From Haplodiscus bocki (taxonomy: Eukaryota), in assembly GCA_965655095.1 (NCBI GenBank), contig OZ296659.1, positions 33,914,001-33,978,000 of the forward strand: a stretch of DNA of 64,000 bases, written 5' to 3'. Below are positions 39,101-50,428 of this stretch, piece after piece (position 1 is the first letter of the stretch; every line of letters starts with the position of its first letter). The notes beneath the pieces are model-generated. The model was given only the letters and a program-made list of their open reading frames with translations. It did no database searches and had not been told where the DNA came from. Made by a program: the position numbers and the translations under genes.

Positions 39101-40327
39101 ATTCCAGGAGGTGAGTCGTTTTGATGAATTGATCACATGAAGGAAAACTATTGGCTTTGAAGACAGCTTTGATATTGGAAGCATAGCAAAGGTGACTATT
39201 GTAATGGAATAGCTGTACAGTTTTAGAAAAATTGCCCACACTCTTCTCCGCAAGCTCCCCAATCATAGATCCCCCTACAATGTCAATGTCGTACAGGAAA
39301 CTATAAACTTGAATATTGTGCTCCACTGCTGCAATATCTTCCATACAAACAAGTCGGAAGTTTGCAGGATCAATCCTACCAGTCTTTTCCGGGAATTGAA
39401 TAAATAGTTCAGACTTTCCCTCTTTGAGACTTTCATTTCCATGTAAATACAACGCTAGAGCTATAAAGAGACATAAACAATCTTTATACGGTTTTTGGGG
39501 TTTTTCTCCGCAAGTGTTAAGCACTTGACGGAAGGATTTTTCACTAGTGGATCTAGTAATAGAACGTCTCTACACCCCATGGGATTTTCCTTGAGTCATG
39601 CTGCAGAAAAGGTAACATTAATCAATTTGTAGATCTTCTCGTCTTTTGTACACGATTCAAGGACAACGGTGTTACATGGTAGATTATTCATTTTTGTCAA
39701 GTTTTCTGCGGCAGCAAAAAGTTGAATTCATTCCAACAGAGTTTTTGTTTTTCGTGCAAAATAATACCAACAACTACCTTCTTTTACGTTTTTGATCGCA
39801 AACCCGAATGCTACATTCAACTTATCTGCACATTTGAGTCTGCCGAAAAGATGATCCATTTTTCCCAACAAAAATTTCGGATCCAGAAAGTCCATAGCAA
39901 AGTTAAAAACTCTGTGTCTACCACGCTACATCTCGCTCGCCACCAAAAATTGCTTGCACGTATGTAGTTCATCTTTCAAGGTATTGTCATTGACATCTCC
40001 CATTATGTTTGTAGCCTCAAAATTTAAAGTTACTGATCCTCTCTGTGCGCCATGTTCCCTCCTCTTATGTTCTCGCAATATGTAAAAGCTGTGAGAAATT
40101 TTAACATATTTTTTGCAAAGAAGAATATTTGTATCAATTCCTGACGAGTGTTTCTTCACAATGTGAAATTTCATTTCATCGCTGAACTTTGTTGACAAGT
40201 TTGTACGAGAAAGACATATAAAGGATCCAGTAGAACAACCTTTTTTGTGACGCGTAATGTTAATTCGAGTAGTTTGGGTACCATAAGTTTCACAAATTAT
40301 GTTTTTGCTGCGATTGAGGGAAGGCAT
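33150..40327 (-). pseudogene. polB: Protein-primed family B DNA polymerase with N-terminal C2H2-like fingers (internally duplicated)
   Basis: FEFESICV (ExoI), GFSSAKDD (ExoII), WHNNKDVVPTLEA (ExoIII), GGPSIIFRR, DASQLYAY (A), ELLANSLYGYQ (B), LDTELLYLAL (C). Confidence 0.9.
33837..39670. repeat. Near-identical tandem duplication, unit ~2917 bp
   Basis: 33837-36753 is repeated at 36754-39670. ORF pairs are offset by 2918 with only scattered substitutions. Confidence 0.97.
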
Positions 40328-41289
40328 TTGAGTAATAATGGTTTAACAACAAATTCTAAGATAGGCGTGAAGACTGTAGCAACTTGACTGCAGCAATGCA
40401 GAAGAAATATTGGTGAAAATTTGTAGCAGTTGTTACTCAATACATTAAACTTGATATTAAAAAAACATTAAAGGGAATGAAGAACCGAAAACGGAAACAC
40501 TGAACAACCATACAATGACCTGTCATTTACTTTCTTTCATCTTGAAAACCAACCGTATTTTTATAAATTACTAATTAACATCACCACAAATCGTGTCTCA
40601 GAAAAACAGTGAAGTTGAACAAACTCCACCGATAAAGCAACGGGTTGCCTGGGGAAATTCAATTTGTTTTTTTGTTTCTTTTGGTATCAACTGTGAATCA
40701 AAAGACTTCCATAACCGAATTAATTTTTCAATTTTGCTCAGAATGTGTAGTGTAGAGGATAAAAATTTCCGATTCATTGATTTTTTAACGTAATTCTTGA
40801 CACTGACCTGGTTAACCTATTACGTTTTTCATCACTAAACCGCGGCTTCAAATTTGATTACTGGAAAGGGCATTTCCAAACCTAGCTAGTTAAAAAAGCG
40901 TTGTCAGTGTTGCCATACCAGAACGATAAAAATTTTCCGCAAGAAGTACCGACTATAAATTGTTGAGGTCCGTAAGACCGCAAATTCCCAGTTTCTGCAA
41001 TCTGTTATGTCTTTACGAAGAAAAACCAGAGGATTTTGTGGACGAAACGGACGTGACTAGTTATTTTTACCACAACATCTTAGACAATGCTTAGTCCCAG
41101 CATCGGACAGCACTTGTTAGCAAAGGCTCCATCAGAAATTGTTTCGCAATCAAATTGTTCCAGTTTTGCGATTTGAAGATCTTCCAAAAAAGAACTGGTA
41201 TTTCCAGAATAGAACTCGGTTCATAGATCAACAGTTAGGGCAATTTTCTTAAAACTTTCAAGCAAGATTGCAAGAAGTTACAGATTTCA

Positions 41290-41772
41290 ATGCTGAAACC
41301 TGAAAATGACATTGGATCCACAAATTCAAAAGACAAAATCCTTACTCCAAACTATGAAAAAGTCATTGAAAACTTAAAAAGACAAATTCGGTCATCTTTC
41401 TTTTTTGGAAAAAAATCAAACCTTGCATCTTTTCCATCAAAAAGTTTGGACAACACCGTCATCAGTGTCATCAAAGACTCACAGAAAATGTCAACCTTGA
41501 CCATCGCGACAACTACCACCTCTACAAGGACCGATATCACGTTGCAGGCAAATGCGAAACACATGAGACCAATTACAGTGTGTAGCAAGTTCAAGCCCGA
41601 TTGTCGGCCTGAGAATACCAATATTGAGTTTATTGGTAACGTGCATTATCTGAACAAAATATGTTCCAAAAAACTTTGCGTGCACAAAAAGACTGTTCAA
41701 TATCTCGGCGGGGGTAATTATCAATGTCCTCAATGTGCATCCCAAATGCCAGGTCCGTACAATTCCCCTTGA
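41290..41772 (+). CDS. Polinton-associated Cys-rich hypothetical protein
   Basis: Open 160-aa ATG ORF with C-terminal CSKFKPDC...CSKKLC...CPQC. Confidence 0.45.
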   Translation: MLKPENDIGSTNSKDKILTPNYEKVIENLKRQIRSSFFFGKKSNLASFPSKSLDNTVISVIKDSQKMSTLTIATTTTSTRTDITLQANAKHMRPITVCSKFKPDCRPENTNIEFIGNVHYLNKICSKKLCVHKKTVQYLGGGNYQCPQCASQMPGPYNSP

Positions 41773-43599
41773 CGGACAAACAAACTTCCTTTTTCTGATG
41801 TGTCACCAAGCGATTTAAACTTTTGATGAAATGCGAAAAAATACCCAACACGTTATTGTATATGTGTATTGCCCAAAAAGTAAAAAGGAAATCTTTGTTT
41901 ATAGTTCAAGAAATCAGCAATCAGAAAACAAATCTATGACTGCAGAAAGTGCAACACCAGTTGCCACGTGCCTAATAATCCAATTAGGGAACAAAAACCA
42001 ACAATAGGCTATTTCAGTGGAGATGCTACACAATGCTCTAACTGAAAGACTAGTCGTGACCAGCAAAATAAAAAAAACCGTCTCACTTGTTACAAAGGTA
42101 TCTCAGTCAGTCAGAATCAACCACACTTGAACCAGAATCAAAGAAGACAAAAATCACTCCCTTTATGGAACAACCGTGTCGACATTCTATTGGTTCCCAC
42201 AATTAATCAAAGTCTCTTTTACCAAATGGTTTCATACCTTTCCAATCTACAGTTAAGCAGTATGATTTTCTCAGTTTCCAACGAAATAATCCAGTGGTCT
42301 ATCGACTCTGGACTAGATTCTGTTATTCTGACTGCAAAAGATCTGGTCCAGGAAATGACAATGAGCTCTCAAGAAATTCCTCTGCCTGGTTGGAACTTGT
42401 TAAATTCTTGAAGACAGAAATTTTTGGTAAACCATTCGGCTTAAACCCCAGTCACTCCCAAGCAGCAAAGAACGCATGAACTGAGGGAGGAAGTTCTCTA
42501 TAGCGCTGGAGCACAGGACATGGATACCAGTGGCTATGAGCTATCAGACTTGGATGAAATTGACTTCTTATGAAAAAATCCCCAGTTGAAATTAAATTCT
42601 GCCATGAGACCGAGGATTGATTTTCCTTATTTTCCATTAGCGTTTGACAGCTTGGAGCTGGGAGAATCAGTAGAAAACCCCATTCTACTCGTCAATGAGG
42701 AGGAAAAGGAAAAAAATCGCCACCCACAAATCGCAACTCTGAAAACCCAATCGACGCCCTGCCTTGCTGCCAAGTCGAACTTTGAGAAAAAGAATTGAAA
42801 TTAGTTCTAAATTTGTTTGCAGATATTTGTTTCAGTATGTATTACCGTGTATGTATTTTGATGTAGGAAGAAATTAAAATGTCTTAATTTATCATAAATT
42901 TTTTCAACACCAGTCAAATATGTGTCAGACCAAAACAGTTCTAGTTTCGTTGCTTATAAGTTTACTGAGAGGAGCAAGTCCCAGCACATATCAAGTTCAT
43001 ACAAAGAAAAAAGTGGCACACCACAGCAATATCAAAAATTGAAGCCCCTGCGGAAAATAGTATAAGGAATAATGTTTGAACGGCGATTGTTATTATCTAG
43101 TTAACGAAAATATAGTAGGTTGTAAATGTTCCAGTGGCGTTGGAAGACAACGCTGCTGAAATGTAAATTTAGGCGGACTAGGTAAGAATTATTCATTGGA
43201 TAATAACACCTTAAGTCAAGTTCAAAACATGATTGAAAAGTTTTAGAAAATTTTGTGTGCATTTTTCGATTTGAGTTCAGATTTCTGAACTTAAAAGTTT
43301 AGGCTCACAAAACTGAAGTCAAGTTTGAGTTTGGCAACCTGAACTAATTTTTTTCAAAAAAAAATACTATACTGAAATTTAGAATTTCGGACCTCTGTAT
43401 TCAAATTTGAGTTCACGTTCCCGAACCTAAAGCTTTAAGTTCAGAATTGTGAACTCAAAAGTGAGTATTTTTCACCAAACCTAAAAACTCAATTTCAAAA
43501 ATCTGAACTGAAATTCGAATACAGGTTCCTATAATCAAATTACCTCCAGTATTTGTTTTCAGAACACAATAATCGACATCAATGTAAAACTGACTATCT

Positions 43600-43925
43600 A
43601 AAAACGTTTCGATGCAAAATCTTACAAGTTGATAAAATTTTTATCCAAGATCTGACACATTGAACAAATCTTATTTCAAAAACTGACAAATTGAAAAATT
43701 TTCAATTCAAAACGTGACACGTTGTGAAAAACAAATCGCTCAAAATCATGCTTTTTGAAGAAAGAACAAACAGTGCAAATTATGTCAATTTCACGGAGTT
43801 AAATGATGCAAAAAATGAATGTTTGAATACATTTTCGTTCAAACCCTGACACGTTTTGAAGCCTATCTCAAAATCTGACACGTTGTAAATGTTCTTAATC
43901 GATATCTGAAACGTAGTAACTTTTT
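43600..43925. repeat. Short degenerate tandem repeat (aaatctgacacgttg core)
   Basis: The ctgacac(g/a)tt motif recurs at about 43652, 43683, 43715, 43846, 43875 and 43906. Confidence 0.55.
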
Positions 43926-44149
43926 GAATTCGAAAGTTGATTTTATTCTTGTTCTTGATTTTCTAGCATGAAAAATTCTAATTTGAAAGAAGAATGCGAA
44001 AAGCGTTCAATTTTTAATTCCCTGACAATCGTTGTTATCTGTTTGCTTGTTTTTTTGTTTTTGTGGGACTGAAGGTGGTTGTGATGGCTATTTCATTTGC
44101 ACTACCAACTAACTTATCTTTTTGGGATTCAAAAAATGGTTCGTTTCTA

Positions 44150-45250
44150 AAGATTTTTTTTCAGAAGTTACTAAATTACTAGAATATTTACAGTAACCAT
44201 CTTCGAAACAGTCAACAAATTTTCTCAGTTCCAACTCCCATTCAGTCTTTTTAATTTGCTCAATTCTTTTTCTGAAGTCTGATCTATTAGTTTGCCTTAG
44301 TTTTGTCTCCGGAAAAGAGATCAGTAGACGTTTTCAGTACTTCTTCCTCACGAGTCTCTTTCTCGTGATGCTGGGCATTCTGTTCACTCCTCTGCTTTTG
44401 TGGTTAAAATGGACTGCCCTCTGCACATTCTCAAAGAGTTGTCCAATCTTGACAAGAATTTGCCAGTGAATCAGGACTTAAAAAGCGTATATAGACAGTC
44501 CACGTGTTGGTAGGTGAAGTAGAATGCGTCAAATTTTTACAGCAATTCTTCAATGTTACCTTCTTGGAATTCAGAAAATGGTTAATTCACAAAGATTTTA
44601 TTTTGAAAGATACTAAATTACTAGTATAATTACCATGACCATCTAGAAAACAGTCTATAATTATTATCAGTTCTATTTCGAATTTAGTCTTTTTATCTTG
44701 TTCAATTCTGTCTGCAAAGACTGATCCACAAGTTTGCGTCGATTTTGTCACTTGGAAGGAGCTCAAGAATTGTTTTTCGAACTTTTTCCTCAGGAGTCTC
44801 TTTTTCGCGGTGCTGGGCATTCTATCCAATCCTATGATTTGGTGGTTAAAATGAACTACCCTCTGCCCAATAATAAAGAGTTGTCCATTCTTGACAGCAA
44901 TTTGCCAGTGAATCGGTACCTGAAAAGTGTATACAGACAGTCCACGTGTTGGTAGTTGGAACAGAATGCATCCAGTTTTTGGTGCAACTCTTTAACTTCT
45001 CCTATTAGTAAAACGTGATATCTGCAATTGGATAAAGAGCACATTTTGTCATGTTGGTTGGCAATACAGTAGTCTTTACGCACAATGTATTTTTCAAACG
45101 TGCTTTCAGTAATAAAAAAACTGGTGTTTGAACACTTTTTGTAGAAACTGGGTATAATTTGTAACGTTACAGCTGCCATCTGATAGTAGAGGCGTTTCCG
45201 GAACAAACGAATCCTAAAAACAAAGTAAGACTTTTTTGTGCACGTTTACC
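44150..45250 (-). pseudogene. Tandem paralogous Polinton hypothetical gene segments
   Basis: 44150-44560 and 44592-45000 are diverged direct repeats (offset about 442) encoding YQHVDCLY..F...LSR. Confidence 0.6.
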
Positions 45251-46064
45251 AAGAAGGAAGGAGCTTCAAAATATTGAAATCAATTGTTTCATTGACCAAA
45301 AAAGAAAATCTCCTTTGATGGACACATCACATCACATTGAACAAAAAGACACAAATGACCAAGCGTATTCAAGCGACAATTCACAGCTCCAAAAGATTTT
45401 TTTACCTTTTAATCTCAAAAAACAAATCACTTCTTTCAGCAACCACTGTACTATGTCCACAACCGAGTCCCATGTTTTAAAACATGACTGCTTCCACGGA
45501 CAAGATAACCTATACCGACTATGTTGACTCTGGAAGTTTTCATGAGAGATTTGCACGATTTTCTTAGTCCGACAACGACTCCAATTACTTGGATGTAAAA
45601 CTCAAATTTTTCAGGAAGGATGACAACGAAGATTAAAGAGTTTCGAATAGCACAAAGTCTTACAATCGGAGAGCCAGATTTCGACCGATTGATGCGATTG
45701 AAAAGGCAACTGGTCACTGCAGCAAAAAAACTTTGACAATGAGCAACCTTTGCCCTTATACAGATACCGACAATGTCCGAAGCCACGGATGACCAACTCA
45801 AACTTTCTCACAGGGTGGTTAACAACTTGAATTGTCCCAATAGAAAGATATGAGTGACTATGTTTCGTTACAATATAAACAAGCCAGAGAGTTCACATGC
45901 TCAAGTCTGATTGTTTGCAAGGAAAAGGGGAAGAAGAAGGGTTATAACATTGGATGAGGACCAAATTCACTTTTGCTTAGTCACGTGACTGGACTACTTT
46001 TTTGCCTTTACGTTAAGCTCTTTCTCTTGACATTTTCAACTCTGTCGACTTTTGAAGCAGTTTG

Positions 46065-46511
46065 TCTTGAAATGTATTAGACCTTGAGCGTGCAGATAAA
46101 AAATTTTTTAGGGAGTTGGGAGTATTTATTGATGGCAATGTTCAAGGATACTCATTTCGTTCTCCAAAAAAGTACAAACCCACGGAGTAAGCGTTTTGAT
46201 GTACAAAAAACATGCACGGAGTTGTGTGGAACAGTGGGGTTTGGGATTACAGTGAGCTTGCAAACAATCTTCCTAGAGCTGTAAAGGTTGAATACTTTGC
46301 ACAAGGGACAGTAAGATGCAAGAGTCGTGGCATTTTATTGGATAGAGCGGTGGAAAACATGGAAGAGTATGGCTGTACCAAAGTTCAAGATCTCGCAGAA
46401 ACAGGTCAAGAAACGTGGATTCGCTCAAATTACCCATTCAGACACAAGACAACATTTCACTGTGCAGAGCGCAAGGAAAACTGTTTGATAACTGGACAAT
46501 GCAGTATTTGA
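46065..46511 (+). pseudogene. DEDD/DnaQ-like nuclease-fold protein of Polinton
   Basis: VLDLERAD..RELGVF..YSFRSPK..*CTKNMHGVVWNSG..DYSEL...VENMEEYGC...HCAERK in one frame with two stops. Confidence 0.55.
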
Positions 46512-46881
46512 AGTTTTAAATTTTGTCTTGTCAAATATATTGTGAGTATCTTCGAAATCAAATCTTCCAATTTGATTCAATTTGTTTTCCGATAAGCATT
46601 ATTCAGAAATTGAACGTAAAAAACAGATGCTTGATTAGGAACAAAATACTAAGCAAGGTTTAATTGTTTTTGACGACAACAAAAAAGAAGAAAATTGTAG
46701 TCTTGTTTGGGACAAACCTGTTTCAAATTTGAATTGTCTTCTTGAACCAACTTTTCATCAATTTGTGGATTTTATTCGGCTACTTTTGGAGATTTAATCT
46801 TATAAAAATTTCGGAAAAATCCACTGTTTGGTTGGCAATTTTGTGTAGTGCACCAGGATACAATTTACCCTCACCAAGACT

Positions 46882-47520
46882 ATGATGAAGTAAATCTCTA
46901 CAAAAAATTGCGGCTTTGTATCCTTCGCCGGTCCTTCTGAGACGGGAAAATTGCAACTTTTTTATAATTGGCTCAAACTCGGAACGTGCGGAACAAAAGT
47001 TGACGAAATTTTTTTTCATCAACACTCCCAGCCACTTTACAAATATATGCTGAAAGAGATTGAAAATCTCGAGTTTGTTCAGGATGTAAACTTTTTATTT
47101 TATCGAATCGTTGAAAAACAACGGTACAAAATACCTGTTAATACTTTACCTTTCGTTTGAAAAGATTGCAGTTGTTGATATTGCTACCGCTGGAAGACAT
47201 CGTGGATTGAGTACTATTTGAAATGCGCACAACTGCTTTCTTCAAAGCAAACTTGAGCAAGACATTGAGCTCCACAAAACGCACAAAAATTCTCTTCGAA
47301 TATCTCCGTGACGTCAGGCAAGTCAGCAAGCTTAATTCACAGTTGGGGCTTGGATCAGATCTAGTTGACTGGAATCGAGACGAAACGTCTGTTCCGTACG
47401 GTCATTTGTTGCCCCGAGCAGACAATAGATTACGTTTTTGTACAAACGCTGGATCCATTTCCTCAAAACCTTTTATCCCCGAACGGTTGAAGCATTTAAA
47501 ATCTCTAAAAAATGAGCAGT
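46882..47520 (+). pseudogene. A32/FtsK-like genome packaging ATPase
   Basis: Walker A GPSETGK (46930), KYLLIL (Walker B strand), ATAGRHRGLS, VPYGHLL. Confidence 0.88.
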
Positions 47521-47569
47521 CTCTACTTTCCAAGTGTTCCAATCGTTTTACTCTCTACTCTCCAAGTGT

Positions 47570-47840
47570 TCCAATCGTTTTCCCACAAGTGCAAAAGTCT
47601 TCTGCTTCAGTTTTGCGCAAAAGAGCTTATCAGGTTTCTATGCGAATGCATATTAAATCTGCTCAAACGAAAACTGCAAACCAAAAAAATATTAGACGAG
47701 ACAAAACTTCAATATAAAGATCGATTGCTCTCGTCAAAAAGAACAACTTGGAAGCAAAAAGGAGCTCTTCTGGCAACCGAAAAAGGGTCGAAGCTCATAA
47801 AAATTAATTTTCCTTCAACCAATAACCACTTGTCTGACAT
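47570..47840 (+). pseudogene. Small conserved Polinton protein (FLCECILNLL motif)
   Basis: KELIRFLCECILNLLK...TWKQKGALLA; a degraded counterpart follows the ATPase in copy 4 (about 55830-56070). Confidence 0.55.
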
Positions 47841-47889
47841 GGAGCAGTCTCTTATTGACCCTGCTTCTGTGTACAACAAACGTTTCCCG

Positions 47890-48170
47890 CTTAGTTTAGA
47901 GGTTACGGGAATGAAAGCAATGAACTTTCAAGATGATATACCCTCAATTGCTTTTGACAATTTCAAAGACCACTATGTACTAGTGTTTGATTTGATTACA
48001 ATGCAAGACGCTACTAAAATTTTTTATTACCCAGAACTGTTCAGCGAACCCCTGAGACTGGAGCTGAACTTCACATTCCCTCTAGAACAAGTTACTGAAC
48101 TCATTGTGTTAGAAGAACGAATGTCTTGGGTTGCAGTTGAAAGTTTGGCGTTCTTGGAAAGAATGTCTAA
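47890..48170 (+). pseudogene. Major capsid protein C-terminal fragment
   Basis: MKAMNF..HYVLVFDL..PLRLELNFTFPLEQVTELIVL, homologous to 58910-59150. Confidence 0.8.
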
Positions 48171-48172
48171 AA

Positions 48173-48554
48173 TGGATAACGTTGCTTTCCAGCAAAAATT
48201 CAATCGTAACCTTCTTTTCAAGTATCGGTACCTCGGTTCATTCCTATCCAATTAATTCAAACTGTTCCACTTGAGACTTTTGCCAATATAATTACGCAAC
48301 CCTGTAATATTCATAATCAGGGTGAGCATTGGATATAGGTTTCAAATCCTCGTCACCAATTGCAGTTTGCAGACTCTCTCGGAGGCAAAAAGTACAGTTG
48401 CCTCAAGCAGCAGTACAAACAGATGATGCCAGAACTTCTACAGTCTCATCCCAGTGTTCGCAGCCTCTACACGATATATGCAGTTTTTCATCTCTACAAG
48501 TTCCGACAAGAAGGAATTACCGCAGTTCACGACGTTAATGTACTTTCATTTTAA
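48173..48554 (+). pseudogene. Adenain/Ulp1-like maturation cysteine protease
   Basis: KYRYLGSF, GEHW (His), FADSLG (Asp), LQSHPSVRSLY (catalytic Cys position mutated). Confidence 0.82.
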
Positions 48555-48619
48555 AGTAATTACAATTAATACTTCAAGCTTTTCCTTGTAAATGTGCAGC
48601 TTATACGTTTTTTTGAAAT

Positions 48620-49090
48620 TTGTACGCTCTAATTAACTTTTTTAAAATTGATTGCAATATTTCTAGATTACATGCATTAAGTCACATTAATATCCGCAGG
48701 CGTCTTAAACTATCCTCAAGCATCATAATTAGTCCGCGCCGTAATAAATATTCGCCGGCCCCTGGAAAACGTTCAAAAACTTTTTCTTAAAAAGATCTCA
48801 GTGCCTAAATTCCCTTGTCTTTACACACTGATTCCGTATCCTATCTTAAAACATTACCCAACTCGGACACGTATCGTAACATATTGGCTCGGAGAAACTT
48901 TCTTATTACAAATCCTCGCGTAATACATTGACTCGGAACACTAGCTTAAGACATTGCCTATCGGAATACATTTACTCGGAGCCCCTATCTTAATACATTG
49001 GCGAACTATTGCCTATCTTAAAACATTGCCGAAACCATACCATATCTTAATACAATAAAGAACTATAGCCTACCTTAATACATGGGTGGA
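48620..49090. repeat. Right terminal inverted repeat of Polinton copy 3 with internal tandem units
   Basis: About ten (c)tatcttaatacattg-like units at 48835-49085, ending taatacatgggtgga. Confidence 0.8.
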
Positions 49091-50428
49091 AGACCCAAGT
49101 CGGGCTCCAGGGCCTATACCCTATCCTATAAAATGGAGGGTCTTCCAACAACCCCAATTGATCGATTCTTTCTCTCTTACAACTAAAGTTGCTGACTTTG
49201 TGGCAATAAAGCAATACAGCGACCATATATAGGTACAAGTTTTGCCGGTAGCACCAATTGAGTTATCGTTTTGGATGTTGTGTTCTAAAAGAAAACCTTT
49301 GGTTCTTGTGCTAGCAGCTCTACTGAGGAATTTATGGAAAACATGCCGCGATCCCATCCAAATTTACACTGAAAGGACTTTTGATTCTCCGACGCACTGC
49401 TAACACTTTCTCCGCCGTTCTCAATTACAATTAACTTGCGTCAACTTCTTTCTTCACATTTCGAAATTTTCTGTTTTTTTCTTTAAACGCTTGCTCAGGC
49501 ATGGTTTGCAGTTGAATATTTAATCTAGAAATCTTTTCAATTTCCACCGTCAAACTGGGCGAGTTCAAAATGTTAACAATTGGGTCTTTTACGTGAATGA
49601 CTGTACTGGGCCTCACTTGAACTTTCAGCACAACAATCTTTTTATTCGTCTTCATTCGACAATTCTCCCTGATGATCTCTCATTTACAACTACAGTTGTG
49701 ACTTTGTGTTCTTCTTAATGTTTTTTAACTGTAATTGTGTCCCGATATCCTTTCCACTTAGGAACAAACCAAAAATAATCTGATGACCAAATACAACACA
49801 CATCCGGAATTTAAAAAACCCAAACTTAACCTAGCTTCAGTTTCCTGAGAAATTGCCCATAAAATCATCAAATACAAGTTTCCTCTCACAATTATTTCGT
49901 TTTAGTCGTTTCGTGTTCCTTCTCAAAACAATCAAACTCCGTAGATACTTTTTTTACCTATGAGGCACCTTTGTTCGTCCCCCTTCCCGCTCCCCCGTAA
50001 ACTTAAAAATCTCAGCGAACTCCTCAGTTTTGAATTGCGCCCCGATCTAACTTGCAAGCGCTCAGATTTGACATCTTTGAAGTTCTCAGTTATTTTAAAA
50101 CGTCATCATGGAGACTTCTGCAATAGGCATTGAACTTGGTTCGAACGTATAAAATCCTCTTGTCATGGCAAGCGTAATTCTGAAACTTTTCAAGGAAAAT
50201 TGATCACAAATCGGACCAGGATCTTGATTTGGTTCAGAGATCTGCAACCATTTTCTGTAAAAATGTCTTTTTGTTATCTTTTCCTAATCTTGAAGCTTTC
50301 ACCTCTTTCATTTCACTTTAGATTGAGATTGAGTGGATCTACATTACCATCAAACATAGGCGATTGCAAATTTTTATCAGAATCAAATCCGAATCGTTCT
50401 CATGTAACAAAAGAAAGTCCCGACGCTA

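Larger units (their letters stand above)
32915..49090. mobile_element. Polinton/adintovirus-like endogenous DNA virus (copy 3), decayed and internally deleted
   Basis: Inverted terminal homology between 32915-33060 and 48630-48800 (gacgcctgcggata / tatccgcaggcgtc). Contains pPolB (-), ATPase, MCP C-terminus and cysteine protease (+). Confidence 0.88.

Noticed and set aside
47512-48255. 247-aa ORF as a real gene
   Set aside because: Chance in-frame chimera of a small protein, the MCP C-terminus and the protease start, created by a deletion near 47881 (copy 4 shows the missing genes).
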